Counted from the first letter of the stretch, positions 1 through 9,608 are shown. The stretch is DNA of 64,000 nucleotides from Patescibacteria group bacterium (GCA_041659765.1 JBAZXR010000001.1:723338-787337), one strand, 5' to 3'. Notes: generated by a model not told the origin, from the letters alone. Numbers and translations: made by a program.

Positions 1-571
1 AGCGCGAAGACTCCTTGAGCTGAACGACTACGCCGAAGTCATGGGACGCCCCTTCTCTGAGGTGTCCAGAGAACTCATGGAAAAGGCCGGCACCAACCTG
101 GCCCCTCATGACTACCGCCACATCTGGAACATCCACTATGCCAAACTGGTGGACGAGTTCGCCGCCGCACATGAAGGCGCTCTCCGCCTCTTCAAGATGA
201 TTCGCGAACGGCGACTCAAGATCGCCATCGTGAGTTCTAGTACGCGGATAGAGATGGAACGAGTCCTCCGGAAAACCGGCCTCGCCCCCTGGGCGGTAAA
301 CCTGGTGTCCGGGGACGACGTGACGGCAGTCAAGCCGTCTCCAGAGCCGTACGTGAAGGCCATGAAGCTCACGTTCACAGATCGCGACAGCGCGCTGGCC
401 CTAGAGGACACGGACGCTGGGTGCGAATCTGCCCTCGCAGCTGGATTGTCCGTCATCGGCGTCCGGCACGAGCTGAACGCGCGCCACCGCCTCCAGGGCA
501 CCCGCCATATCCTCTCCGTGCACGAGATGGCCAACCCCGAGCTCTTCCTGAGCCGCCTGCTCGAACCGTGA
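1..571 (+). CDS. HAD-superfamily hydrolase, 5'-truncated at the window edge
   Basis: ORF 41..571 has an open frame back to position 2. The C-terminal HAD motifs are present (VSSS...SGDDV..KPSPEPY, DTDAGCESALAAGL). Confidence 0.6.
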   Translation, partial: ARRLLELNDYAEVMGRPFSEVSRELMEKAGTNLAPHDYRHIWNIHYAKLVDEFAAAHEGALRLFKMIRERRLKIAIVSSSTRIEMERVLRKTGLAPWAVNLVSGDDVTAVKPSPEPYVKAMKLTFTDRDSALALEDTDAGCESALAAGLSVIGVRHELNARHRLQGTRHILSVHEMANPELFLSRLLEP

Positions 572-708
572 CGCATCGTCCCCTGCCCGCCTTGGCACTC
601 TGCTAAGGCGGGCTGCTATTTTTCAGAGCCAGAAGGATAATGTCCGAGGGCTCCAAAAGGGTGGACGTCAGAGAGGCCTCAGGATGGACACCTTGACCGC
701 ATCCCGCG

Positions 709-1869
709 ATGCATATAAGGTTCACCCCTTCAGGTATGTCCCTCTCCCCCTCCGATCAAATTTTCCATACTATTAAACGCTCCGAGCGTCCGGTCATCGT
801 ATTGCCGGAGGTTTCGACCGTTGATCATTTTGCCTCAGCCTTTGGTCTGGCGGCGGTTATTAAGAAACTCGGTAAAGAAGCGGAGATTATTTCCTCAGGC
901 GGCCGAGCACCAGAAGCATTGTCATTTTTGAAAACTGCAAAAGAAGTGAAGGGCGACGTCCCAAACATCCGCACGCTAACCATTCACCTCAAAACCGCGA
1001 AGGCGGCTATAGACGAACTCTCCTATTCGAAGGTTGGCGAGGAGCTCCGCATTCACATCTCACCAAAGAACGGTTTTTGGACGCGTGATGACGTGACGAT
1101 CTCAACTACTGCCTACCGCTATGACCTGGTGATCGTGCTCGGGGCCGCGGACATGAAGTCCCTTGGCACGCTGCAGGAAAAGTACGCAGACTTTTTCTAT
1201 GAAACACCCATCATGAACATTGACCACGCTCAGGCCAATGAACATTTTGGTCAATTCAATGTAGTAGACGTTGGCTCCACAAGCGTTGGCGAGGTTCTAT
1301 ATCGTTTGTTCGAGAAGATCGACGCTACGTTGATCGATGCCGACACGGCTACGGCATTCCTAGCTGGCATGATTGCCAAGACGAAGAGCTTCCGCACACC
1401 GAACGTGACGCCAAAAACACTCGAAACCGCCAGCGGACTCATTGCAAAGGGCGCAAACCGCGAGGAAATAGTCGAGAAACTCTACAGAACAAGATCTGTC
1501 GAGACCTTGAGACTTTGGGGCCGTGCCCTTGCCCGTCTCAAGTCTGACGCCTCGATCGGACTGGTCTGGACTACCCTCACGCGCTCAGATTTCGCCACCG
1601 CGAGCGCTGACGAAAGCACGCTTGATGACATCGTTTCCGAGTTGCTGTCCACTGCTCCTGATGCGAAAGTTGTTGTACTCCTGCACGAAACCAAGGACGG
1701 ACACGTTGCCGGCCGTCTCTTCGCCGAGCGCCCGCATGATGCCCTGGCTCTCAGCTCCCCTTTCAAAGCCTCTGGCACTCGAGAAGCTACTCGGATCATT
1801 TTGACGCACAACGATATTGTCGAGGCCGAACGAAACGTAATTGGGCATTTGAAGAATGTACTGAAGTAA
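709..1869 (+). CDS. DHH-family phosphoesterase (NrnA-like oligoribonuclease / pAp phosphatase)
   Basis: 386 aa. DHH-like motif IDHAQAN followed by a DHHA1-like C-terminal region. Size and layout fit NrnA. Confidence 0.55.
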   Translation: MHIRFTPSGMSLSPSDQIFHTIKRSERPVIVLPEVSTVDHFASAFGLAAVIKKLGKEAEIISSGGRAPEALSFLKTAKEVKGDVPNIRTLTIHLKTAKAAIDELSYSKVGEELRIHISPKNGFWTRDDVTISTTAYRYDLVIVLGAADMKSLGTLQEKYADFFYETPIMNIDHAQANEHFGQFNVVDVGSTSVGEVLYRLFEKIDATLIDADTATAFLAGMIAKTKSFRTPNVTPKTLETASGLIAKGANREEIVEKLYRTRSVETLRLWGRALARLKSDASIGLVWTTLTRSDFATASADESTLDDIVSELLSTAPDAKVVVLLHETKDGHVAGRLFAERPHDALALSSPFKASGTREATRIILTHNDIVEAERNVIGHLKNVLK

Positions 1870-3227
1870 TGAACGGTTTGTTTTGGTATACTTGGTTCAT
1901 GTTCGCGCTCTCTTACGCACGCCACGTTCCTGCACACGCGAGAATAGGAAAGTTTGTAGCCGATGAACCCCGGCTCAATGTTGCGTTTAAGCTGCTCAAA
2001 GATCATCCGGAGGCGGATGTACTAGTCACCGGCGGGACCGCCAGAGATGCAGTGATTGGAAAAGTGCCAAAGCATGTGCACCTGACCGTTCAAGGAATTC
2101 CTGAAAACGAGCTTCAAGAATGGTGTAATCGCCGGAATACTTCTAAAGACCTGGACATTCGTGTCCCTGCGTCCAGCATTTGGCATCCTGCCACAAGAAC
2201 CCTTGAGCACACTTCTCATCACACACTCCCCCTCGTCCATGACTTGGCACGCCGAGACGCAACCGTGAACGCTATGGCCTATTCGGTTCGCGACGGCATT
2301 TTGCACGATCCTTTTGACGGCTTAAACGACCTCGAAGAAAAGAGGCTCCGCACTATTGGCGATCCTGAACAACGATTCCATGAGGATCCCATTCGTATGC
2401 TGCGCTTCCTGCGGCTTGCGGGACATCTTGGGTTTTCTATCGAGGACCACGCCCTCCATACTATCCATAAGCTCGGGCGCAATCTGAACAGACTCGTTAG
2501 CGATGAAAACGGAAAGGCTCGCTATCACATTCCTCGCGCGCATCTTGGACGAGAATTCGTGTCTTCCCTCTCACAAAATGCCGGTGAAACCATCACACAC
2601 TTTTTCAAGTCTGGCGTCATGGGACACCTCGTGCCGGAAATCGCCAAGCTTGAGCACCTAGTCACGAGCCGCGGCATTCCGGGACATGAACATGCCGAGA
2701 CCGTCCTCTCGGACTTGCATGGCCACGGCGCTTCACCGGCCGTGACGCTTGCCGCCCTTCTCGCCATACTGGAGGACGAGAGTGTTGCCGCCTTCCATAA
2801 AGCAACTGAACGTCTCCACCTGCCCCTCCTTGAAAACGGTAGAAACCTTGTCGCTGATGTTGATCACCTTCTCAAACACCGGAATATCCTTGTCGATCAA
2901 GACCCGCTCGAGCTTTCACATGCCGAATTCGAGCACGTCTTTGGTGGACCAAAAGGGGACGATCTCCTCCTATTCTTACACGCACTGGCCGTCACTGGCG
3001 GACACAATTCGCAGGCTCGCGAACGCTGGTACGTGGCCAAACGGAGAAAAGACGAGATGCCAAACACAGCTCCGCCTGAACTCGTCCGCGGCCGGGATTT
3101 GCTCTCCCTTGGCCTCTCCCCCGGCCGTCATCTCCGAGAGATTATGCGTAAAATCAGGAACGAACAACTGTCCGGCAAGCTTTGGACCAAGGCCGACGCC
3201 CTCGAGTTTGCGCGATCGATCACTTGA
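1869..3227 (+). CDS. cca: tRNA nucleotidyltransferase (CCA-adding) / poly(A) polymerase family with HD domain
   Basis: PolyA_pol head motifs GGTARD, RRDATVNAMA, EDPIRMLRFLRLAGHLGF. C-terminal HD-like region. Start overlaps the upstream stop. Confidence 0.8.
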   Translation: MNGLFWYTWFMFALSYARHVPAHARIGKFVADEPRLNVAFKLLKDHPEADVLVTGGTARDAVIGKVPKHVHLTVQGIPENELQEWCNRRNTSKDLDIRVPASSIWHPATRTLEHTSHHTLPLVHDLARRDATVNAMAYSVRDGILHDPFDGLNDLEEKRLRTIGDPEQRFHEDPIRMLRFLRLAGHLGFSIEDHALHTIHKLGRNLNRLVSDENGKARYHIPRAHLGREFVSSLSQNAGETITHFFKSGVMGHLVPEIAKLEHLVTSRGIPGHEHAETVLSDLHGHGASPAVTLAALLAILEDESVAAFHKATERLHLPLLENGRNLVADVDHLLKHRNILVDQDPLELSHAEFEHVFGGPKGDDLLLFLHALAVTGGHNSQARERWYVAKRRKDEMPNTAPPELVRGRDLLSLGLSPGRHLREIMRKIRNEQLSGKLWTKADALEFARSIT

Positions 3228-3236
3228 GACGAAACA

Positions 3237-3296
3237 AAAGCCCGTGAGGAACTGTTAGGAGGTAATCCGACTCCAGTTCCGAACGGGCTTTTGGTT
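3237..3296. terminator. Bidirectional intrinsic terminator between convergent genes
   Basis: Stem aaaagcccgt/acgggctttt with an inner hairpin ggaactg/cagttcc. U-run follows on the + strand, A-run on the other. Confidence 0.5.
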
Positions 3297-3312
3297 TGTC
3301 GAAACAGAGTGG

Positions 3313-4071
3313 TCAGGGTCTCATCCCTGGAGCAGATGCTCGACCAATGGCCGGCATGTGCTTCACTCCAATTGCGTGAATAGATCCATCAGCGGCTTGC
3401 CCGAAAACAATCACCATTTCCCCTACTCTGACCGCAACCGGAGGAGCTAAACGGGTCTGGCGCGTAACTTGAACATCAACAATCTGCCCTCCCCGACCTC
3501 TAAGTAAAAAGCCGTGTTCCTCTACCTCGGCCACCATACCTCGGTGCAACTTCGGTAGATCTGGCTGGACAACCGAGTGGTAAAGCGGGCGCATGATTGG
3601 CACATTGGCTGATTCAGCAACCTCATATACGCCTTCATGTACCTTGGCGGTAGCCACCAGAACGGTACCGAGCGTCAAACACGCGGCAATGCCGAAAACT
3701 GAGTACAAAAGCGGCTGGCGATACGCAAAGGCGTAACGGAGAAGCCAGAACTCGAGCGCGAAAGCGGCCACGAGAAGAAGTGCGATCGGCACCCAGGGTA
3801 GTGACAGCAAAAATTCACGTAAACCCTCGCCGCCAAACTCCGGCAAAGCCAAAACGCCGGATTCGCGCAGAGAAAAATGGATGAGAGTGATCACGAAGAG
3901 CACTATCAGGAAGCTGGCCAAAAGGCCGATCCCGGAAAGAACCGTCACCGCGGTAAAACGCCACTTCGGCGTAACCAAAACCGCGCCCTCATCAATTTGC
4001 TGAAGGACCAATTCTTTTATCGTGGGTTGTGCCTGGAGGTTTTCCATACTAGGAGACGTGCGAGGGATCAA
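3313..4071 (-). CDS. Putative anti-sigma factor, multi-pass membrane protein
   Basis: Immediately downstream of an ECF sigma gene with a 23-nt overlap. Several TM helices. No recognisable enzymatic motif. Confidence 0.4.
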   Translation of the reverse strand: MIPRTSPSMENLQAQPTIKELVLQQIDEGAVLVTPKWRFTAVTVLSGIGLLASFLIVLFVITLIHFSLRESGVLALPEFGGEGLREFLLSLPWVPIALLLVAAFALEFWLLRYAFAYRQPLLYSVFGIAACLTLGTVLVATAKVHEGVYEVAESANVPIMRPLYHSVVQPDLPKLHRGMVAEVEEHGFLLRGRGGQIVDVQVTRQTRLAPPVAVRVGEMVIVFGQAADGSIHAIGVKHMPAIGRASAPGMRP

Positions 4072-4618
4072 TCACCTTTTTGAGAGCGTCACGGCCTCGT
4101 TTGAGACGAACACCCACCGTTGATACCGGAATGTGCAGAATGTCCGCAATGTCTTCATACGACAAGTCTTCGAAGTAGTAGAGGACAAGCGGTTCTCTGT
4201 ATTTCGCATCCAGTGTGCCGAGTGACTCGTCGAGCGCTCGCCGAAGTTCCTTATCTATCACTTCCCTATCTGACGATTCCTTGCCGGCGACGTGAGGAAA
4301 CAAAGTATCGGGGTCAAAGAACGATAACGGCTCACGTGAGCGTTTCTTTATGGCGTTAACAAAGACGTTATGGGCTATCCGGTATATCCAGGGCGAAAAT
4401 TTCCTTGAGGAATCATAACTTTGAATATTCATGTACGACTTCAAGAACACCTCCTGGACTAGATCCGCCACTTCCTCTTTTTGCGAAAGGAAACGCCGGC
4501 CGTACCCAAGAAGTTTCTTCTCAAACCGTTCCAGAAGGAGTCCAAAAGCTAACTGGTCTCCATTCTCCTGGACCCGGCGCGCGAGTTCTTCGTCTGAAAG
4601 ATCTTGCATACTGCGCAT
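4049..4618 (-). CDS. RNA polymerase ECF-type sigma-70 factor
   Basis: Sigma70 region 2 (DLVQEVFLKSYMNIQSYD, FSPWIYRIAHNV) and region 4 HTH (LSYEDIADILHIPVSTVGVRLKRGR). Confidence 0.85.
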   Translation of the reverse strand: MRSMQDLSDEELARRVQENGDQLAFGLLLERFEKKLLGYGRRFLSQKEEVADLVQEVFLKSYMNIQSYDSSRKFSPWIYRIAHNVFVNAIKKRSREPLSFFDPDTLFPHVAGKESSDREVIDKELRRALDESLGTLDAKYREPLVLYYFEDLSYEDIADILHIPVSTVGVRLKRGRDALKKVIDPSHVS

Positions 4619-4683
4619 TTGGTACTACACCAGAAAAACTGGTTTATTTCAACAAAAAATCCCACCGCTTGGATGGGATCTTT

Positions 4684-4760
4684 TGGTGCGCGCACCAGGA
4701 CTCGAACCTGGGACCTTTACAATGTCAATGTAACGCTCTAACCAACTGAGCTATGCGCGC
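4684..4760 (-). tRNA. tRNA-Val (anticodon GAC)
   Basis: Reverse complement folds as a canonical cloverleaf GCGCGCA-TA-GCTC..GAGC with anticodon loop TTGACAT, a TTCGAGT T-loop, and encoded CCA. Confidence 0.9.
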
Positions 4761-4798
4761 AAATTGCTGAGAGAGTGTACGTTTCACTCCCGTCCATG

Positions 4799-5203
4799 TC
4801 AATCATTCCCGTGAATGTCGCGCGGGCGCTCAGGGGCGCGGGAGATGAAAAGCAAGATAATGCCGGCACCGAGCAAAAAGAGAAACCACAGGCCGGCGGC
4901 GGAAAGTATCTCCCGTGACGCACAAGTGAATAAACTGGGCAAAAACTGCGTGATGTCAGACGTGGGAGCCGTGGCTAGGCATGCGCTCGGGCCGCGCGTG
5001 TGTGTCGCCAGTAAACCCATCCAAGCTGCGCCAAAGGCAGTGCCGGCTGAAAAAACGGTAAACAAACAACTAAACCGATTTTTGTTCAAACGAAGGAATC
5101 GAACGAGTCCGACCACTGCAAAAATGACTCCGCCGACAGTCCAAAAAAGCACAAACCACAGGAGGGCGAGAATCAAAAGATAACCAATTGGTTCGTTCGA
5201 CAT
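4799..5203 (-). CDS. Hypothetical small membrane protein
   Basis: 134-aa ORF with several hydrophobic helices. No homology recognised. Confidence 0.3.
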   Translation of the reverse strand: MSNEPIGYLLILALLWFVLFWTVGGVIFAVVGLVRFLRLNKNRFSCLFTVFSAGTAFGAAWMGLLATHTRGPSACLATAPTSDITQFLPSLFTCASREILSAAGLWFLFLLGAGIILLFISRAPERPRDIHGND

Positions 5204-5206
5204 AGG

Positions 5207-5365
5207 TTAGTTAACGGACATGGCCAGTAAAACGACGATACTGGAGCCGATAGCGGCAATCGCGAGTACCCAAGCCAAGGTTACAAACAGTGGCAGTTCT
5301 CTGCGAGAACCAACGATCGCAAAAAATACAGCAAGAAATAAGAGGGAAAAGGGAACGAAAATCAT
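5207..5365 (-). CDS. Hypothetical small membrane protein
   Basis: ORF 5207..5416 would overlap tRNA-Ile, so the start is placed at the internal Met (MIFVPFSLL...). Two TM helices. Confidence 0.25.
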   Translation of the reverse strand: MIFVPFSLLFLAVFFAIVGSRRELPLFVTLAWVLAIAAIGSSIVVLLAMSVN

Positions 5366-5381
5366 ATTAGGGTTAGTTTTT

Positions 5382-5458
5382 CTGGTGGATCCGCCTGGAC
5401 TTGAACCAGGGACCACCGAGGTATAAGCTCGGCGCTCTAACCAACTGAGCTACGGATC
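5382..5458 (-). tRNA. tRNA-Ile2 (anticodon UAU)
   Basis: Reverse complement is GGATCCG-TA-GCTC-AGTTGGTTA-GAGC-G-CCGAG-CTTATAC-CTCGG-TGGTC-CCTGG-TTCAAGT-CCAGG-CGGATCC-A-CCA. All stems are perfect. U33 and A37 flank TAT. Confidence 0.85.
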
Positions 5459-5531
5459 CACGTTTATTGGCTAACCTTACTTCATTTCACCCTTTCTGGC
5501 AAGGAACTGAATGGCATGGTAGCATTTTGCC

Positions 5532-6434
5532 ATGAAATCCGCGACTGTTAAGATTAAAACTCCGGGCAGACTTGATATCGCGTTAGCTGAAGCCTTAGAT
5601 ATCAGCCGATCCCAAGCACAAAAACTTGTTCAATCAGGCCGAGTTTCAGTTACTGAAAAAAAGGCCTCGCCTCACCTTGAGGTGACAGAAACAAGTGAGA
5701 TTAAGGTCGAAGCGGCCCCAGCCAAACCAAGAAAGAAGGCCGCCGCCAAGCTCGATATTATTTTCGAAGATGACGATGTTATTGTGGTTAACAAACCCTC
5801 CGGTGTCCTCGTGCACCGCGCAGAAGGCCAGGATGGCGCAGCCTTGCTCGACTCGCTCTTGAAGCACTCGCCCAAAATGAAGAAGGCTGGCGCAGAAGAA
5901 AAGCGTTCCGGCATCGTGCATCGTTTAGACAAAGAAGCGTCAGGAGTGCTCATCGCCGCCAAAACCCCAAAGGCCTTCGAGTTCCTGAAGAAACAATTTA
6001 AGGAAAGACTAACTGAGAAACACTACACCGTTTTTGTCATGGGCAAGGTTCGCGATGAACTCGGCACGATCAACTTCCCTATCGCCCGCTCAACGACCAG
6101 AGCTAGAATGGCCGCTCGACCACTCAGCCAAGAAGGTAAAGAAGCGATTACCCATTACGACGTTATTGGTCGCTATTCTGTCGGTACATTACTCGACGTA
6201 AAGATCGAGACTGGCCGCACGCACCAAATCCGCGCCCACATGTTCGCTATTGGCCACCCTGTTGGCGGAGACACCCTCTACAAGCGCAAGGACATCAAGG
6301 ACATCAAGCTCCCCCGCCTGTTCCTGCATGCTCGAGCCTTGACGATCAACCTCCCGAGCGGTGAACGAAAGACGTTCGAGGCGCCATTGCCGAAAGAACT
6401 CGAAGACGCGCTCGCGGCTTTGAAAAAAGTATGA
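5532..6434 (+). CDS. RluA/RluD-family 23S rRNA pseudouridine synthase
   Basis: N-terminal S4-like region. Catalytic motif HRLDKEASGVLIAAKT. C-terminal motifs GRTHQIRAH and RLFLHA. Confidence 0.85.
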   Translation: MKSATVKIKTPGRLDIALAEALDISRSQAQKLVQSGRVSVTEKKASPHLEVTETSEIKVEAAPAKPRKKAAAKLDIIFEDDDVIVVNKPSGVLVHRAEGQDGAALLDSLLKHSPKMKKAGAEEKRSGIVHRLDKEASGVLIAAKTPKAFEFLKKQFKERLTEKHYTVFVMGKVRDELGTINFPIARSTTRARMAARPLSQEGKEAITHYDVIGRYSVGTLLDVKIETGRTHQIRAHMFAIGHPVGGDTLYKRKDIKDIKLPRLFLHARALTINLPSGERKTFEAPLPKELEDALAALKKV

Positions 6435-6985
6435 TCATAACCCTCTCCGGGCTGCCTGGTGCTGGAAAGTCGACCTTGAAGAATCTTCTGGCCGAACAAC
6501 TCGGCCTGAAGAAATACTCGATGGGCGACCTTCGCGGGAAAATGGCCCAGGAGCGCGGGATGACAATCGACGAGTTCAATAAGCTCGGCGAGACTGAAGC
6601 GTTTACAGACAAAGACGCAGACGAATACCAAAAAAAGCTCGGCGAAACTGAAAATAACTTCGTGATTGATGGGCGGCTATCCTGGCACTTCATCCCACAG
6701 AGCTTCAAAGTATTCCTAGATGTTGATACTCGTGCAGCTGCAGAACGTATCTTTGCCGACCGAAAGGCCAACACGACCAGAGACGATGAACCCGAATATC
6801 AAACAGTCGAAGAAGTGGAAAAAGCCATCACCGACCGGCTAAAAAGCGACCAATCGCGTTATAAAAAGTGGTACAACATAGACTTCCTAGACAAGAGCAA
6901 TTACGACCTAGTTATTGATACTACCCATATTCCGGCTTCTGAAACGCTGGGAAAAGTCCTTGACGCGGTTCAGAATCTCCGCTAA
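6431..6985 (+). CDS. Cytidylate kinase-like P-loop kinase (archaeal-type CMK family)
   Basis: MIITLSGLPGAGKST Walker A followed by an NMP-binding-like region. 4-nt overlap (ATGA) with the upstream gene. Confidence 0.55.
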   Translation: MIITLSGLPGAGKSTLKNLLAEQLGLKKYSMGDLRGKMAQERGMTIDEFNKLGETEAFTDKDADEYQKKLGETENNFVIDGRLSWHFIPQSFKVFLDVDTRAAAERIFADRKANTTRDDEPEYQTVEEVEKAITDRLKSDQSRYKKWYNIDFLDKSNYDLVIDTTHIPASETLGKVLDAVQNLR

Positions 6986-6997
6986 ACTCCCGCCCGT

Positions 6998-7336
6998 ATG
7001 ACCGAAGCAGAAATGAATCTAATTGTCCCCGGTGCCGTCCTTAAAGTCCACGAGAAGATCGAGGACGTGAACGGTAAGGGTGAAAAGCGCGAGCGCGTGC
7101 AGATTTTTGAGGGCCTAGTCCTCGGAGTTCGCGGTGCCAGCACGTCTAAGACCTTCACTATCCGCAAGGAAACTGATGGCTTTGGTGTAGAAAAGATTTT
7201 CCCAGTCTCCTCCCCAAACCTGGTGAAGATTGAATCCATGAAAGTCTTCAAAGTCCGCCGAGCCAAGCTCCAGTTCGTGAAAGACTTTGACCGCAAGTTC
7301 AAAGAAGTGAAGAAAGTTAAAGTAGCAGTAAAGTAA
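6998..7336 (+). CDS. rplS: 50S ribosomal protein L19
   Basis: 112 aa. VHEKI..GEKRERVQIFEGLVLGVRG...TFTIRK..GVEKIFPVSSP...RRAKLQF matches the L19 signature. Confidence 0.93.
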   Translation: MTEAEMNLIVPGAVLKVHEKIEDVNGKGEKRERVQIFEGLVLGVRGASTSKTFTIRKETDGFGVEKIFPVSSPNLVKIESMKVFKVRRAKLQFVKDFDRKFKEVKKVKVAVK

Positions 7337-7344
7337 AACAAAAA

Positions 7345-7373
7345 CTTCCGCCTGAGGCGGAAGTTTTTGTTTT
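7345..7373. terminator. Intrinsic terminator after rplS, bidirectional with the convergent gene
   Basis: cttccgcc-tgag-ggcggaag hairpin followed by a TTTTTGTTTTT run. Confidence 0.8.
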
Positions 7374-7388
7374 TACGAGCTATCAGCG

Positions 7389-8861
7389 CTAGCCTTCTGT
7401 TAGGCACTGATTATTAGTTATACCGGTAATGAAATTAACTATAGTCCCATAAACTGGTACGTAATCAACCGCCGAAGCTATTCCTGACGGCACGTAAAAA
7501 CCGCATTTCTTACCAATAGCCTTTGCAACTCCGCATGGATCAGTTTCACAGACTTTGGCAGCATGAGAATAATCATATGATTCCACGCTGCTGATAGCCA
7601 CTGCATTATAGCTGAGGAGGTCGGCTTTTGGGCGATAAATATTTACCTTATCATAGGCAGAACATGGATTTTCGGCGGTAACGTCCGATTGCACTGTCTT
7701 GCAGTCAATGTAAGTAGGGTTCAGACTTCCCGGAGTGAATGCAGATACGCACACACTAGTCCCCAAATATCCGCCGTCATCAAACGAGCAGAAGTATTTA
7801 TGGTTATCGTCTTTGTCACTTGTATCGGCTACTTTAAGGGCCGCGGAACAGGAAGCATCGCTTGGTGTCAGACCTTCGGTGGCAGTTATTGTATTAATGT
7901 TCGGACACAATATGCAACTCATTTTACTGCCGGAACCCATACAGGCACCGCCATCAAAACAATGACTATACTGACATTTATCCCCCACTTTCCAATTTGT
8001 ATTTTTAACCTCTAGCTTAACATTATCAATGCTCTGAATAACGCCCTCTTTACCGCAAACCTTCTCAGCTGACGCATTAATATCAAAGCCATTATCCTCC
8101 AGGTACTCACATGAAGCGTTTGGGTCTATAAGGATAATTCGCTTGATGAGAGGGGTGCGAAGAGCAATAAGATTTACCAGTCTGGGATCAAGAAGAGAGG
8201 CTATGGCGTAAGCAGACAAGAGAAGCACTAGGCCAATGAGAGCGTTTGAAATACGTGTTTTTGCCTTATCCAGTCTCTTAGAATTACCGCCCGCCACTAC
8301 ATATTCAAGACCGCCAACCATGATCATGACAACCGCAATCAAGGACATGGCAGGCAGAAGAAACTGATAGGCCAAGGCTAGATACTCATGAAAACCTAAC
8401 ACGGTAGTACGGCCAAGGATCGGAACGTTCAAGTTAACCCCGGTAGCTGGGGCAAAACAATAACCTCTGGCTTCTCTGTTTTTAGTCTCAGTGCAGTTAA
8501 TATTCTGGCCGGCCCAGGTGCCAGGTTTGGGCGCTCCGTTGCGATCAGTCGCGTATTCGGCACACTCCTTTTCCGTCCAACATTTACCATCATTGTCTGG
8601 CAACGGTTGACCGGCAGCGAAACAACCAATGGGGGTCAGTTTTCTCTCGTTACATAGAGAGGAACATTCGGCCATGGTTTGCTTAGTCCCAGAATTGACC
8701 GCTCCATGAGCGTCACTTCCACAATAGCACTGGCATGACCCAGCGGCTGGTGGTACTTGAGCAGAAACTTTCGGCAACGAAAAAACTAACGACTGGAAAC
8801 AAAGTGCCAAGAGTAAACTAATTTTGCAAAAATGCCTGGAGAACTTCTTTAAAAATTGCAT
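7389..8861 (-). CDS. Cysteine-rich secreted/membrane protein with a VirB2/TrbC-like two-helix hairpin (hypothetical)
   Basis: Signal peptide. More than 40 Cys spread over N- and C-terminal domains. Central TM pair (LLPAMSLIAVVMIMVGG / ISNALIGLVLLLSAYAIASLL) separated by a short basic loop. Confidence 0.5.
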   Translation of the reverse strand: MQFLKKFSRHFCKISLLLALCFQSLVFSLPKVSAQVPPAAGSCQCYCGSDAHGAVNSGTKQTMAECSSLCNERKLTPIGCFAAGQPLPDNDGKCWTEKECAEYATDRNGAPKPGTWAGQNINCTETKNREARGYCFAPATGVNLNVPILGRTTVLGFHEYLALAYQFLLPAMSLIAVVMIMVGGLEYVVAGGNSKRLDKAKTRISNALIGLVLLLSAYAIASLLDPRLVNLIALRTPLIKRIILIDPNASCEYLEDNGFDINASAEKVCGKEGVIQSIDNVKLEVKNTNWKVGDKCQYSHCFDGGACMGSGSKMSCILCPNINTITATEGLTPSDASCSAALKVADTSDKDDNHKYFCSFDDGGYLGTSVCVSAFTPGSLNPTYIDCKTVQSDVTAENPCSAYDKVNIYRPKADLLSYNAVAISSVESYDYSHAAKVCETDPCGVAKAIGKKCGFYVPSGIASAVDYVPVYGTIVNFITGITNNQCLTEG

Positions 8862-9561
8862 AGGGTACCGCGCCTTCTACTTTAACGCCGTTTACAAAAA
8901 ATGTTGGAGTGCCAATAACGCTGGCGTTCACGCCGTCGGTCAGGTCAGTTTGGACTTCATTAGTATACTTCCCGCTCGTGAGACATGTCTTAAAAGTATC
9001 CGCATTCAAGTCCAAGCCTTCGGCTAAACCAATCAGCTTATCCTGAGTTAGCTCGCTCTGGCGGGCAAAAATAGCATCATGAAACTCCCAAAATTTGCCC
9101 TGCTCAGCCGCGCACTCCCCCGCTTGAGCTGCGAGCGTAGCACCCGGGTGCAGTTCGTCGAGCGGGAAATCTCGATAGATGAAACGTACCGTATCCGGAA
9201 ACTCTTTGGCTAGCGCTCGCACAACGTAATTCTCTTCGGCGGAAAACGGGCAGCCAAAATCAGCAAACTCGACCACCGTTACCTTTGCCGTCTGTGAACC
9301 GAGTGTCGGATCGTCAGAACTCGCCAGAACCCCGCTTCCAGGAGCCTGCCCGGCTAATGCCTTTAAACTTTCCAGGCGAACAGCGGTTGAGCCATACCGC
9401 AGCCTACTCAAATCCACCGTGCCGTGTTTGATCTGCTGAGCGTAGGTAAAAACACGCCAAGAGAAAACAAAAAGAAGGATAAGTACTATCCCTACCCCAA
9501 TGGTTGCAATGACCTTTTCGGTCCGACTACCCGGCTCTTCCATACCCACATAGGATAGCAT
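8818..9561 (-). CDS. DsbA-family thiol:disulfide oxidoreductase, membrane anchored
   Basis: N-terminal TM segment. Thioredoxin fold with a CPFS active site (FADFGCPFSAE) and a DsbA-like helical insert. Confidence 0.85.
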   Translation of the reverse strand: MLSYVGMEEPGSRTEKVIATIGVGIVLILLFVFSWRVFTYAQQIKHGTVDLSRLRYGSTAVRLESLKALAGQAPGSGVLASSDDPTLGSQTAKVTVVEFADFGCPFSAEENYVVRALAKEFPDTVRFIYRDFPLDELHPGATLAAQAGECAAEQGKFWEFHDAIFARQSELTQDKLIGLAEGLDLNADTFKTCLTSGKYTNEVQTDLTDGVNASVIGTPTFFVNGVKVEGAVPYAIFKEVLQAFLQN

Positions 9562-9608
9562 GCTTAACCTTTACGAATTTAGGCAGGTTTGGTAGCATAG
9601 GCAGTAAT

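Noticed and set aside
4405-4923. ORFs 4405..4749(+), 4431..4733(+) and 4738..4923(-)
   Set aside because: They overlap the tRNA-Val gene and lack translation signals.
5220-5426. ORF 5220..5426(+)
   Set aside because: It overlaps tRNA-Ile(UAU) and is antisense to the small membrane-protein ORFs.
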